A stretch of 64,000 nucleotides of DNA from Epithemia pelagica (lineage: Eukaryota; Protista; Bacillariophyta). Made by a program: the position numbers and the translations under genes. The notes under the pieces are model-generated. The model was not told where the DNA came from. It saw only the letters and a program-made list of their open reading frames with translations, and did not search any database. Shown in pieces: positions 10,957 to 22,789 of this stretch (positions within the stretch are counted from its first letter, which is position 1; the number at the start of each line of letters is the position of its first letter). The stretch lies in assembly GCA_946965045.2 (NCBI GenBank), contig OX337240.1, positions 3,162,650-3,226,649 on the forward strand, written 5' to 3'.

Positions 10957-13548
10957 TCAGGTTTCTACTGCACCAGATCCTTGCGTTTCTCTCCAGAGAC
11001 GTGAGATGAAGCCATGATCTTGGTCGAAGGCGGATCGGTGACACTTGATTGCTTTTGACATCTTTTCAATTTCGGCATACGAGAGGCCCGCAGCTGCATA
11101 GTCTCTGTTGTTGGAATTTTGATCGTATAACAAGTACGCGAGCATATAGCGACGTGCCTTTGCTGACATTTTCCGCATGATTTCGGGTGTTGTTTTCTTC
11201 AGGCTCGCTGTCAAACATCGTAAAAAGGCAGCTTTGTCTTTCTTCTCATTCAGTGAGAAAGCACGAAAGACTTTTTTTGAGTAACCCCAGCCATACTCGA
11301 TCCCCTCACCGGCCATTTCACAGTGATACTTGGTCGATACGAGAATCTCGATCCTGCAACGATGTCGTTCAGACAAGTCTTCCGCCAGCTTCTCCATTGC
11401 AGATTTTTTGTTCTTGAAATCGGAGCATTCGCTCATCAGATGAACCATAGAGTACTTTTTGTAGTCCGCCTGATAGGCTTCTTTCACAGTCTTCTTATCC
11501 GCTTCCAACCATGCATCTCTGGTTGTCTTGACGTACTTGATCATGTTGTTAGGGTCTATCCACCCCCGCTCCCATAACACTTGAAAGAGCCCTTTTGCAG
11601 CATTCATCCAGCCTTCCTCGATCACGTCATCTTCAATCACCGTTGCAATGTTGGAGCGTTTACAAAGGTCCTGTAGTTCACCAGCATTTTTCGATTGAAA
11701 TGAACGTTGCATTCCAGGTCCCATGACCCGGACAAGTTTTGCCATGAGCTCCTTCTTTGTGAGGTTGCGCTTTTTCTTTCTACCAGTTCGGTGTGTATTC
11801 TTCGATGCGACACGCTGCGCGTCATTGAGACGATGGCCTTTTTTAGCAACTGGACCACGATCGTTCTCCTGATAGACGAGGTGTTGTACGTCACCAACTC
11901 GTAGTTTGTCGTCATGGTTGTACGGGCCAAGGCAAGCTTGATCAATAATTTGTGTGTCCCGCATGCTGGGAACAGCTCCTCCCCAGTCGTTATTCATGTT
12001 CAGAGCATTTAACCCATCGGATTGTTGTTTTCCATGACCACTGCTTTGGTCGAACAAAAAGACAAAGTCATGGGCGGGGAACATGACCACGAGGCAATCG
12101 ACAATATCCTCCAACTGCAAGGCCATGTATTCATAATTCCAATATCCCTCTTTATCTGCTCCGTATTCAAAAAAGCGAGTGAACGGTTGGGCATTGGTAA
12201 TTGGAGTCTTGGCAGTGTGACCATTGAGGTTCACTGCAGCCTCGGTAGAGACGTATTTGTTGTGTGTCGCATGTAGACGGAGTTCATTAATCCGAAATAG
12301 ACTCGCAGCAAGCAACGGGTTTCCGTTCATAAGGAAGCCCCATGATCGGCTTACAAAAGCGCTGATCATCATCCCATGTCCATCATCCTTTGGCAGCATT
12401 TTAGTTGCGCCATCTTTAGTGTAGCATGCCTTAGACGAGAAGGAAAACTGCTTGTAGATCGATTCGTCCTGGCCGATGAGGATGACAGGTTTGCGGTCGG
12501 AGGGAAACCTGTGTGACAAGTTTCCATTGTGAATTGTGTTTTCTGGTTTGATGTACCGTTCAAATTCGCTTGGGAAGGCATCAACATGGTACTCCCGCAT
12601 CTGCTTGCCTGTTGTTACATCAGTGTACTCAAATACAAAGCTGTTTGGCAAGAGCTTCTCCTTGCCCGCATTCCCTTCGTTTTCAAGTTTGATTGCATCC
12701 TCGGTAGGGAGCTGCACCCACCGATACGACAGCTCTTCCCACTTAAAGTACTTCTTGACAAAAGCAGCTCTGTGGGCAACATTCTCAGCATTTTCGTGTC
12801 GATCAGTGAAGTATGTTTTCGTGTGTTCCTTGAACACGAGCCCTGCAGCAGCAATACATCGCCACGCTGTGCTTTGCGAAATGGTGGAAAGCTTCATCGA
12901 TGCCAAGAAGGCCTCGTACGATACTGGCGTTGCATTCGTATCCATGCACTCTTGTACGATCATGGTATGCATATCCGGAAGCAATGTTGTCCTCAGGTAC
13001 ATTAGAGCAGACTCTGTTGTAAGAGTGCTCAGGTTTTCCTTTGCCCAGCATTCAAACTTTACCTTTGCTTCAGGTATGTGAACGAATAAGACGGGCGATG
13101 GCTCTTTCCCAATATGAACGTGGTAGTTGGGATGAGGGAAACTGTCGTTTTCCCGAAAGTACCTGTGAAAACAAGCAATGGTCTTGGGATGTTTTTTTAC
13201 TTTTTCACCATAAATCTGTTCCATTTTGCTAATGGCTTTGCTTATGCAGTTCAGCCATGTACGACCGTGTGGCATATCAAGCAACGCTATCTTATAAGAA
13301 AGTTGTAAATACGTTGCCTTGAGCAGTACCCTCTGTTGCTGTTCCTGGTTGAGGGGGAAGATGTCTCCCTTGTTAACCACATTCGGAAGTGCCTCCACGT
13401 TGGAAATGGCCCTTTCAAGGGTTTCTATCCATCGCTCAAGATTTCGTTTTGACGATCCTGGAGAATCGCATTTGCCGGCAAAGAGCCTACGGTTCCTTGG
13501 CTCATCAAAATAGGCGCTTTCCATTTGTTGCGATAGACCTTGGATCAT
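10957..13548 (-). CDS. DDE transposase, IS630/Tc1/mariner-related
   Basis: 863 aa with LIGQDES, FVFLFDQSSGH and KYHCEMAGEGIEYGWGYSK, matching the D..D..E arrangement of IS630/Tc1-type enzymes. Confidence 0.85.
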   Translation of the reverse strand: MIQGLSQQMESAYFDEPRNRRLFAGKCDSPGSSKRNLERWIETLERAISNVEALPNVVNKGDIFPLNQEQQQRVLLKATYLQLSYKIALLDMPHGRTWLNCISKAISKMEQIYGEKVKKHPKTIACFHRYFRENDSFPHPNYHVHIGKEPSPVLFVHIPEAKVKFECWAKENLSTLTTESALMYLRTTLLPDMHTMIVQECMDTNATPVSYEAFLASMKLSTISQSTAWRCIAAAGLVFKEHTKTYFTDRHENAENVAHRAAFVKKYFKWEELSYRWVQLPTEDAIKLENEGNAGKEKLLPNSFVFEYTDVTTGKQMREYHVDAFPSEFERYIKPENTIHNGNLSHRFPSDRKPVILIGQDESIYKQFSFSSKACYTKDGATKMLPKDDGHGMMISAFVSRSWGFLMNGNPLLAASLFRINELRLHATHNKYVSTEAAVNLNGHTAKTPITNAQPFTRFFEYGADKEGYWNYEYMALQLEDIVDCLVVMFPAHDFVFLFDQSSGHGKQQSDGLNALNMNNDWGGAVPSMRDTQIIDQACLGPYNHDDKLRVGDVQHLVYQENDRGPVAKKGHRLNDAQRVASKNTHRTGRKKKRNLTKKELMAKLVRVMGPGMQRSFQSKNAGELQDLCKRSNIATVIEDDVIEEGWMNAAKGLFQVLWERGWIDPNNMIKYVKTTRDAWLEADKKTVKEAYQADYKKYSMVHLMSECSDFKNKKSAMEKLAEDLSERHRCRIEILVSTKYHCEMAGEGIEYGWGYSKKVFRAFSLNEKKDKAAFLRCLTASLKKTTPEIMRKMSAKARRYMLAYLLYDQNSNNRDYAAAGLSYAEIEKMSKAIKCHRSAFDQDHGFISRLWRETQGSGAVET

Positions 13549-14300
13549 CTCACTCTCGAAAACTGAAAACCAATCGGCAAACTCTGTGGATGGTCATGGC
13601 CGATTTCGTCTGTGGCCAATTCAGGATGTTGGATTGCTCCAACAAGCACCTGATTTGTGTTGTCGTGAGGTGGTGACGTTTGCATTTCGGTAGGGCTGTC
13701 TCCAATTTGTGGCGGTTGACCATGTTGCTGCGTTGCAGTGCTCTTGATTGCTGGTGGAGTTGAAGTGTTTCTTGCTTGCTTGGATGTATTTAGCGTGCCT
13801 TCACGCAACCCTGGTGACTCTTCGTTCCTTCGCTTCGTTGGCTTCGCTCGTCCCGACCGCCGAATCACATTCTCGGCTGCAGCCTCCAGCCATTCTTGAT
13901 GATCGTCCAACATCACTGGCCCTGTTGTTGTGTCGGAGCTTACATAAAAGAATGTGTATCTTTTCTTTTGGATTGTGACTTTGTGGCGGTACCAGCCAAA
14001 CTTGTTTGATTCCGACACCTTAGTTTCGAAACAGAGTTTAAGAACAACATCTTTAGTCAAAACAAGATTCAGTCTGAATGGCGACAGTCCTGGCAGCCAA
14101 GTGTGCATGAAGTTCACAATCTGGGTGTCTTGGATCCACTTGTTGCAGAACCCAAACGAGGATGGGGAGCATTGCGTCTTAAAGACGTCAAGAATCTCTT
14201 GTGCCGATAAACTTCGTTCCATCCGAGACTGTGTTGCGTGGGATGAGTCGGATGATCGCGTCATTGAGTATGATGCCAACCCCGTACCTTGTTGCCCCAT
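13545..14300 (-). CDS. Hypothetical protein directly upstream of the transposase (possibly its N-terminal exon)
   Basis: 251-aa ORF overlapping the transposase start by 4 nt, inside the TIR-bounded element. Confidence 0.45.
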   Translation of the reverse strand: MGQQGTGLASYSMTRSSDSSHATQSRMERSLSAQEILDVFKTQCSPSSFGFCNKWIQDTQIVNFMHTWLPGLSPFRLNLVLTKDVVLKLCFETKVSESNKFGWYRHKVTIQKKRYTFFYVSSDTTTGPVMLDDHQEWLEAAAENVIRRSGRAKPTKRRNEESPGLREGTLNTSKQARNTSTPPAIKSTATQQHGQPPQIGDSPTEMQTSPPHDNTNQVLVGAIQHPELATDEIGHDHPQSLPIGFQFSRVR

Positions 14301-14992
14301 TGAGGGTGGTTCAAGTAAACCCTAAAGCGTCCGGATGCAGCTCAGCAACAAGGTACGCGGTTGGGATGGCCCTCCACCATGGTCGTTAGACAACAACCGT
14401 TTTTTCATCATTTTCGACGGAATTCTAGCGTTCGGAAGCTGTCACACATCACGGTACGAATAAAAAATTTATTATTCAGACACTGGGTTGTCACGAGTCG
14501 GGCACTTTCATTCACTAGTCAGGCCAAACGCTATTGAGGATTATATTTTATGGTACTAAATCTACGAGGGGTCTACGTCAGGAACATACTCCCTGAACTC
14601 AGCTTGTAGGAGATTCATGGCACCATCCATGACGAGACCACAAGTCATGGGTCCATCTCTTTTGTGCTCCGAATCTGGATGGTAGCACAGGCATCAGTGG
14701 TGGCAGCTCCCATGAAATGAGGACCTTTGATGGTCTCTCCGTCAACATGTCCAATGACCAGCAGGTCTCGTAGTAGTACTTGCAGCCACTGCAAACTCAT
14801 TGAGAGTTTGACAACAAACAAACGTACAACCATCACCCGCACAACTCCCTTGTCTCTTTGCGGTACTTCTGCGCATCAAGCGTAATTTCGGATGGATCCT
14901 CACCATTCGAGAATGAAGTCACTATATCCATCCTTCTTGTTACAGTCGTATGCATCTTACCGTAGATTGCCATCAGCTGGCACAGAGCGGCG

Positions 14993-16297
14993 TCAGGATG
15001 ATTTGAATTCTTGTGTATGCAACTCCGATTCACCTTCTGAATCCGTGGTTGATTCGTCATCAAACATACTGCCAGAAGCATGAAGATTAAGAACCAGCTG
15101 GAGTATATGTGGCATGTCTTTGCAACTCGTGGCCCATACCGAGAGGACCACGCCATCTTCGTCTCGTTCTACTTTACCCTCTTCGTTACGTTCAAGTCGC
15201 GTCGTTGACAGGAGAGAAACTCCAAGGAAGTGTCGGAGGGATTCCCATGCTTGAAAAGCTTCTGGGAGTTCCTTTTCTACATGTCCAGGGTTTGAGGTGT
15301 GCCAAACGCAGAGGCAGTCAACAACAAAATCGCCAACCATTGTCGACAAAGCAGAATCAGGATATCGATCCACCTGAGGCATTCGCTCAAGAGTGAAATA
15401 CCAGCGATCGGCATTGTCAAACAATTTGCACCGAAAGGCATCTGCATTTATGGACACCATACCTTCTTCAAGATGACTCTGTAGGGATGCCAGGCGTGAT
15501 ACTGGAGCCCTGGGGCTGGTCAAGAAATTGGTATGGATAGCGCTGAATTGCTGTTTGAAATAATGATCCAAGGAATAACTTTTGTCCTTATTCCACTTCC
15601 AGACAGCAACAAGGACGCTTAGGGCCACAGCATCGCCAAATGGTTTGGACATTCCGCCAAAAGTCAAGGGTGTGGGCATCTTCGCGACAACAGTCTCTGC
15701 AACGCGGAAAGCATACGTGAAATCGTCATTGTCACAGCAAAATAAAGCCGAGCAATTGTTAACTTTCGCAGTTCGTCCCCTTAGTTTTCGATTCCACCTT
15801 TTCTGCGGTTCACTTTCTGTCGTCGTTTCGTCATTGTTTACATAGAAACCGTCGAGAGCAGCCACAGCAAACTGGGCGTGGCAGATATCAAACACCGTAA
15901 GGGCGGACGCCTGAGAATACCCCAATTCCTGGAACAAAATCTCTCGTCCGTCACAATGTAGCTTTCCGCAATTTCCATGTGGATAACTTGCTCCTGTGAT
16001 GATGCGTAATGCACATGGTGGAACATTCCAAATTTCTTGTACGCCCGTAGCTCGAGAACAGACTGCTTTAAAGTATTCATGATATCCCATCGGAAAGTAC
16101 GGTCTATCATCACTCCTCTCATTGGCAAGTTCATTGGGGCTAACCTTGACGGCGTCGGGATCACGAATGATTGCAAGGTTCACCGTAAAGTCGACCTTCT
16201 CGGCGGGGATATTCAACGCAAACGGCGTCATCGCAATGCCATAGACGAAATATGTCAAGTGCACTCTCCAATCACGATCATCGCTGCAAGCACTCAT
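14993..16297 (-). CDS. Hypothetical protein
   Basis: 434-aa ORF of ordinary composition; no motif recognised. Confidence 0.5.
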   Translation of the reverse strand: MSACSDDRDWRVHLTYFVYGIAMTPFALNIPAEKVDFTVNLAIIRDPDAVKVSPNELANERSDDRPYFPMGYHEYFKAVCSRATGVQEIWNVPPCALRIITGASYPHGNCGKLHCDGREILFQELGYSQASALTVFDICHAQFAVAALDGFYVNNDETTTESEPQKRWNRKLRGRTAKVNNCSALFCCDNDDFTYAFRVAETVVAKMPTPLTFGGMSKPFGDAVALSVLVAVWKWNKDKSYSLDHYFKQQFSAIHTNFLTSPRAPVSRLASLQSHLEEGMVSINADAFRCKLFDNADRWYFTLERMPQVDRYPDSALSTMVGDFVVDCLCVWHTSNPGHVEKELPEAFQAWESLRHFLGVSLLSTTRLERNEEGKVERDEDGVVLSVWATSCKDMPHILQLVLNLHASGSMFDDESTTDSEGESELHTQEFKSS

Positions 16298-16640
16298 GTA
16301 GGAGGAAGAATGTGAAGGAGCTCCACCTGTTCGCTTGAGATATCACCTCTGTATGATGGCTGTGGCTTCACTTCGCTTGACGGTCCACTCTTGAGAAAAA
16401 AGGGAATAGTCTATTCTTCCAGCTCCGTTATAGGGTATACTCAATGTATACTAAATTCACGATAACTTCGGATAAGGAGGCAACTTGAGGCAACCGAGGT
16501 GATCAAGCTCTTTGCAACAAGTTGGCTGTGTGTTGTACTAGTACGCAGAAGACAATACGAGTTGCTTTGGACAACTTTCTTCTAATGTGAGCTTTTACCT
16601 AGAATGGCTGTGGTTGATTCCCTAAGTATTTTCCCCTTTT

Positions 16641-18161
16641 TTGGCATGTTTTAGTACAAGAACTCCCAACGAAGGTTGTACTTACACCTTCACTAAGCAC
16701 CCGAGACGACTTCTCCCAGAGTTCAAGAAATTTCTCTCCTTCTTGCTCCACAACAACAACAAGCTTCTACATTTCAAAACAGATCTTCCCTCTGTATTGG
16801 CTAAGTTGTGTTTGGAGACTGTGGAGTCGGTTCAACACCACACAACAGTGATGACCTACTGCACTGGTCGGGTCCTTCGGCAACAAGAGAGTTCACAGCA
16901 ATTCTCTCTATGCAGTCCATCATATATTGCAAGTATGATGGCATCAGTGCTTACCATACTGCGGGCCAGTATTTGTTCTCTAATATACTCCATGGGGACT
17001 GGTTACCACGAGAGGGCTATGACCTTGGTCGAGAAGGCCCAACAGTCCATCACAACCAATTTTTTGGGTAGCATGATCCGCCGGATGCGGGAAAAAGAGA
17101 TTTTGACTCCATCTAGCCGAAAAGTCTCTATTCAGGGAAATAAAGACATTTTGGTTGACAACTTCAGGTTTCCTTTCCCGAAGTGGTGCAAGGTTATCCC
17201 GACAATCTACGATGCATGCATGCAAGCCTTGTGCAAAGTCATTGTTGGGAATCAATGGGTCTTTCTCCTGGACAGGAGATATGGTATGGAAGTGTCGTGG
17301 GACTCTGTTGGGAAGGTACAGATGACACTACATTCCGCATCCAGGAGTTACACCCATGGAGATATTGCACTCTGTCAAGACTACGATTCATACCATTTGG
17401 ACATTGTTGCATCATACCTAGAACTGGCCTTCCACGGAACAGGCCTTGGCTCCATGAGGTACACTGAAGTTGAGAGGTGTTTATTTTCAGATACACGGTG
17501 GCATGGTTTGAGTTTCTATTACTACTCGCACTCGGACAAAAGCTTCACTGCGATGGACAATAAACACCGCAAATTGGTCGAGCATAAACTTTGTGAGTCA
17601 TTGAGCCGGATTTATCTTGTCTTTCGGGTGGTTGGTCAATTGCGTGGTACTTCCCTTCGTCCTCTTGTCCCTGTTCGGAGTGGACGTGTCTTCATGATGT
17701 CGGATGCAGTGGCTGCTATCTATGGGTTGGAAGGTCGACCGGATTGTATCCAGATACGACATGTTTGGACATCGGTTTCCAATATCCTGTTCCCCGATGT
17801 TGATGAAACCAACATTCACAATCAACATACAATTCAGGCAGTGGCGGAGCAGTCAGGGCATAGCTACAAAACACATCGGGACCACTACAGCTCATCCAAT
17901 ATCAGTTCAAAAGAGGAGTTATTCAGCATATACCACCGAGCACTTGGGGAAAATTATGTTGGAAAGGAAAGTGGCATGCCTCGATGCCTGACTGAAGATC
18001 ATATACTACAGACACTACAAAAGTTGTTTGGGCCAAGTGCCAGCTACCTCAGCAGAGAGCAAGAATCGATGATACTCTTTTCGTCAACTGAACGCAACAA
18101 ACATGGTCATTTTGGTTTGCCGTGTGGGGGAGGAAAATCACTCTCCTGGATTCTGCCCTAA
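16641..18161 (+). pseudogene. Tyrosine recombinase domain plus start of RecQ helicase, 5'-deleted and 3'-truncated
   Basis: GSMRYTE (Arg), QIRHVW (xxRH), SGHSYKTHRDHY (His...Tyr), followed by Walker A GLPCGGGKSLSWILP. The stop codon is the TAA of the next CCCTAAGG end. Confidence 0.75.
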
Positions 18162-19030
18162 GGATATTTGCCTTTTTTGGGTGTCTTTAGTACTAGACAC
18201 CGTAGGATTTGAACGTGTGCATATGAGCACAAGGGGCTATAGTATCTGTGCATATGAGCACTGATATATATGCCTTTTGTTGCAAAAGAGCACTGCCCCT
18301 TGTGCAGATGAGCACAGAATGTCTATGCCCCGCTCAAGTCTAATTTCTAAGCACTCATATTCAATATGAGTCCTTAATTTCATTCATTACTAACCATTAC
18401 CGCACTCTTAGTTGTTCCCCCATTCTTTGGCGCAAAAAGCTCGCCTGCGTGCCCCTTCGCGCCAAACATCTTCACCTGAAAACCTCAATAGGCCCAACAT
18501 CTTCACTTGAAAACCTCAATTGGCCCAACAAAAGGTCATTGTTGTTTCATGAATTATGACTCTTGCAAAGAGTCCCATCCTTGCTTTTGCTTGAGAGTCG
18601 GCTGGTTATGTCTCTTCCTCTGTTCCATGCACACGAGGAAACCAGCAATGGCTACCAACAATGGGCCTGGAACGCCATCTCCATCCCGGAGACGGCCTGT
18701 GAAGAAGATCCGTTCCGATCTGGGCATTGGCTTGTCATGTTTAGATGCTACAATTGTGACACCCTTTGGTATGGGATGCGGCATATGCAAGAAATCATTC
18801 GGAGAAAGTCTTTGGTCCATGCAGCGGCATCTAAATCAACATGGAGTCTATGTCTCAGCAACTGACAACCGACTCCTTGTCGCAAGAAAACAGTCCCTTG
18901 AGCAAATTTTGCAAGAAGACCCTCATACCGCAAAAAACTTCTTCACGGGGAGGTCTGTTCTTGGATATTCCTGCAGGTGTCTTGTTGGTTGGACAAGACT
19001 CAGCAATGTTATGCGTCATCTCTCCTCAAA
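18156..19030 (+). mobile_element. Element left end (type 1) + promoter + N-terminal zinc-finger fragment
   Basis: CCCTAAGGATATTTGCC... ~490-bp leader, then MATNNGPGTP...CGICKKSF...MQRHLNQH. Near-identical copies start at 20326, 22025 and 25449. Confidence 0.75.
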
Positions 19031-19083
19031 ATTTCCTGTGAATGACCTGCATTGGGCCTTTTTGTCTTGAAGATTTCCTGTGA

Positions 19084-20330
19084 ATGACCCTGCATTGGGC
19101 CTTTTTGTCGTGCCCATTTCGACCATCCAGCTGCAAACCGACAATGGCAGCAAATCCTACTGCTGATCCTAAGTTGGAGCTGTTTGATCCCTTAAGTGGG
19201 AAGGCCTTTCGGGGTCATCATGGTCTCCATGTTTCCCACTATGGTGTTTTCTGTGTGGAGTGTCGAATGTCTGTGGCGAGCTCACCTTCATCCCTCCAAC
19301 GCCACCTCAAGAAACATCCAAGCTGGGAGCTCATCATCTCCCTTCAAGATTTGAAGAATCTGTGTTCTAAGCACATTGAAGAATTAAAACACAATCAAGA
19401 TATTACAATCAGCCACCTACGAATTCAAGATGGCTACAAGTGTTCTTGCGGCAATTTGTTCAAGGAACAAAGGTACCTGAAGAACCACTGTCGATACAAC
19501 GGGGCATGCCAGTCATCAAGTGCTACAAAAATTAAGGCTGTTGTAACTGTTTGTTTCAGATTTGTTCATGTGGATTCGAGTCATCCTTCAGACGATTGGA
19601 ATATCCATAATACAGAGACCATCCTTGAAGGGTTTGCTTCCCCACGTGGTGGTCTCAAGACATACTGCCAATTATTCCACGGACTGTGTTTGTCCCATCG
19701 AGAAGACTTTTTGAAAAAAATGACTGAGATGATAGGTTGGGCGAATCAAAAGAGCCAAACCAAGACCATGAACCTATGTTGTGTGCACTAGTGTCTGACT
19801 CTAGTGTTTGGTTGGAGTCTCATGTCAGACTCCATTTCAGTCGAACACCTGGGAATTTCCGAGCAGGGTTGATGGTCTTTGATGGTTCGGATGTTGACGA
19901 GGTTAGCCAAAACACAACATTTGTGTTCAGAGAGAACAATGATGTGGTTGGGAGGGAACTCAAGAAATTGTTGTGTTTTCTCTTTCGGCAAGACATCAAC
20001 AACAAGTGGCATGACCGGATTCATGGCGAAAAGGAAAAGAAGAAAGAGTCTGTTCATGAAATTTTGTAGGGCCTGTTGTTGGATACTATGTCGAATGTCA
20101 TGGATGATGCGATGGTTGTTGTTTACTGTCTGAGTCGGATGCTCAGAATACATCAAGATAAGGGACTGAAGTTTGTTTCACCTGGGTATTCAGCCAGTAT
20201 TTGCTCAGATGTTCTTTGCTTGTTGCGAGGGGCAGTGTGTTCGGCTATTGCGGACTTTGTCGACAATGTCATTCCGCAGGCCACAGCATTGGTGAAACAA
20301 GTCCGACAAAGTTCTGTACTACATACCCTA
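19084..20330 (+). pseudogene. Divergent zinc finger-YR element gene, N-terminal half with frameshift and stop
   Basis: CVECRMSV...LQRHLKKH, CSCGNLF...HC, then RELKKLLCFL and ICSDVLCLLRGAVC, homologous to the terminal gene. Split across ORFs 19084, 19737 and 20076; cut at CCCTAAGG 20326. Confidence 0.7.
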
Positions 20331-20855
20331 AGGATATTTGCCTTTTTTGGGTGTCTTTAGTACTAGGCACCATAAGATTTGAACGTGTGCATATGAGCAC
20401 AAGGGGCTATAGTATCTGTGCATATGAGCACTGATATATATGCCTTTTGTTGCAAAAGAGCACTGCCCCTTGTGCAGATGAGCACAGAATGTCTATGCCC
20501 CGCTCAAGTCTAATTTCTAAGCACTCATATTCAATATGAGTCCTTAATTTCATTCATTACTAACCATTACCGCACTCTTAGTTGTTCCCCCATTCTTTTG
20601 GCGCGAAAAGCTCGCCTGCGTGCCCCTTCGCGCCAAACATCTTCACCTGAAAACCTCAATAGGCCCAATATCTTCACCTGAAAACCTCAATTGGCCCAAC
20701 AAAAGGTCATTGTTGTTTCATGAATTATGACTCTTGCAAAGAGTCCCATCCTTGCTTTTGCTTGAGAGTCGGCTGGTTATGTCTCTTCCTCTGTTCCATG
20801 CACACGAGGAAACCAGCAATGGCTACCAATAATGGGCCTGGAACGCCATCTCCAT
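20326..20855 (+). mobile_element. Type 1 left-end copy, truncated about 12 codons into the ORF
   Basis: Near-identical to 18156-18690. Sequence switches from CCATCCC|GGAG (intact) to CCATCCC|TAAGG. Confidence 0.75.
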
Positions 20856-22024
20856 CCCTAAGGATAATGCACTTTTTTTTGCTGACTTGTACAAGGACCC
20901 GTAGAAATCTACTGTTGCATATGAGCAACAATTTCCACAGTAGATTGTTGCATATGAGCATTTTGTTGCGGATGAGCAGCCATTTTGTTAAGTATTGTTG
21001 CGGATGAGCAGATAGCTTGCCTGTGCCCCCCCCCTAGATTTAGTTCCTAGCACTCATATTGAATATGGCTACTTGTTTTCTTTGACTACTAGCCATTACC
21101 GCACTCTTAGTTGTTTCCCATTCGTCTGGCAGGAAAAGCTCACCGGTGTGACCCTTCGCGCCAAAAATCATTCGGAAGTAAAGGTCATTCACCTGAAAAT
21201 CTCAATAGGCCCAACAAAAAATGACCATTCGTTGGTGTGTAAATCAGACCCAATGCAATTCTGCAAAGAGTCATTAGTAACAACGACCCTAAGGAAATTT
21301 AGGTCTAGATTCTAGTTTTTGTACCAGAGCCCGTAGCTTTCTACAGGTTGCACTTGAGCTGCATATTTTGCACATGAGCTCCCATAGGTACAGCTAGGTA
21401 TCATTACGAGCTGTTGGACTCCCAACCCACGCGCGAGCCTAGCCTTTGGCCAATCTCCACCGTCTCAGAAACCAAATTTTACTAAAGGGCTAAACTGTGG
21501 AAGTGTTTTTTATTAAATATAAGAACCCGAGCATCCAATTTTTCACCAAAACCATCCGATCCAACTTAGGATGCCTTATCAACAGCAATGCTCAACCTGT
21601 CACTCTGATGTAACTATCCAATCTGTTAGAGTAATAACAATTCTACTGCACTGTATAGTTACATCAGCACCAGCGCACCTCCAACGATGCTCATTTTCGC
21701 TCCCAAAACTGGCCTTCACGCTCGCAGCAAAATATGAGGACGAACCTCCACAGTCAGTCGGCCTACTCGATCGCCCACCCCACCCAACATTTATTTCTAT
21801 ACATACTTGAATACAGCATTTCCCACGAGTCGCAGGTCAATCGTTGTTCATTCACTAATTTCAATTGGGAAACCTCGTTTGGGCCTCTCTTCCGAAAGGA
21901 GCATCCGATGACCCCAACTTGTCGAAATTGACGATGTATCATGGATTGCTCCTCCATCTCACCACATAACACGTAATCCCCTTGCTGAAGCAATCTTTGT
22001 ATACAGACCGACCCGTTGGCAAGT

Positions 22025-22789
22025 CCTTAAGGATATTTGCCTTTTTTGGGTGTCTTTAGTACTAGGCACCGTAAGATTTGAACGTGTGCATATGAGCACA
22101 AGGGGCTATAGTATCTGTGCATATGAGCACTGATATGTATGCCTTTTGTTGCAAAAGAGCACTGCCCCTTGTGCAGATGAGCACAGAATGTCTATGCCCC
22201 GCTCAAGTCTAATTCCTAAGCACTCATATTCAATATGAGTCCTTAATTTCATTCATTACTAACCATTACCGCACTCTTAGTTGTTCCCCCATTCTTTTGG
22301 TGCGAAAAGCTCGCCTGCGTGCCCCTTCGCGCCAAACATCTTCACCTGAAAACCTCAATAGGCCTAACATCTTCACCTGAAAACCTCAATTGGCCCAACA
22401 AAAGGTCATTGTTGTTTCATGAATTATGACTCTTGCAAAGAGTCCCATCCTTGCTTTTGCTTGAGAGTCGGCTGGTTATGTCTCTTCCTCTGTTCCATGC
22501 ACACGAGGAAACCAGCAATGGCTACCAACAATGGGCCTGGAACGCCATCTCCATCCTGGAGACGGCCTGTGAAGAAGATCCGTTCCGATCAGGGCATTGG
22601 CTTGTCATGTTTAGATGCTACAATTGTGACACCCTTTGGTATGGGATGCGGCATATGCAAGAAATCATTCGGAGAAAGTCTCTGGTCCATGCAGCGGCAT
22701 CTAAATCAACATGGAGTCTATGTCTCAGCAACTGACAACCGACTCCTTGTTGCAAGAAAACAGTCCCTTGAGCAAATTTTGCAAGAAGA
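22025..22789 (+). mobile_element. Type 1 left-end copy with zinc-finger fragment
   Basis: Near-identical to 18158-18923. Broken at GAAGACCCT|CATA (intact) versus GAAGACCCT|AAGG. Confidence 0.75.

Larger units (their letters stand above)
4910..14612 (-). mobile_element. 9.7-kb cargo-carrying IS630/Tc1/mariner-like DNA transposon
   Basis: 40-bp imperfect TIRs (37/40): CTCCTACAAGCTGAGTTCAG... at 4910-4949 and its inverse at 14573-14612, enclosing a DDE transposase ORF. TA on the left flank but AT on the right, so the TSD is unconfirmed. Confidence 0.75.

Noticed and set aside
16641-18161. Protelomerase (hairpin telomere resolvase) assignment for the YR domain
   Set aside because: An attractive analogy, but the chromosome ends in telomerase-type repeats and no long palindromic target is visible; cannot be supported without structural comparison.
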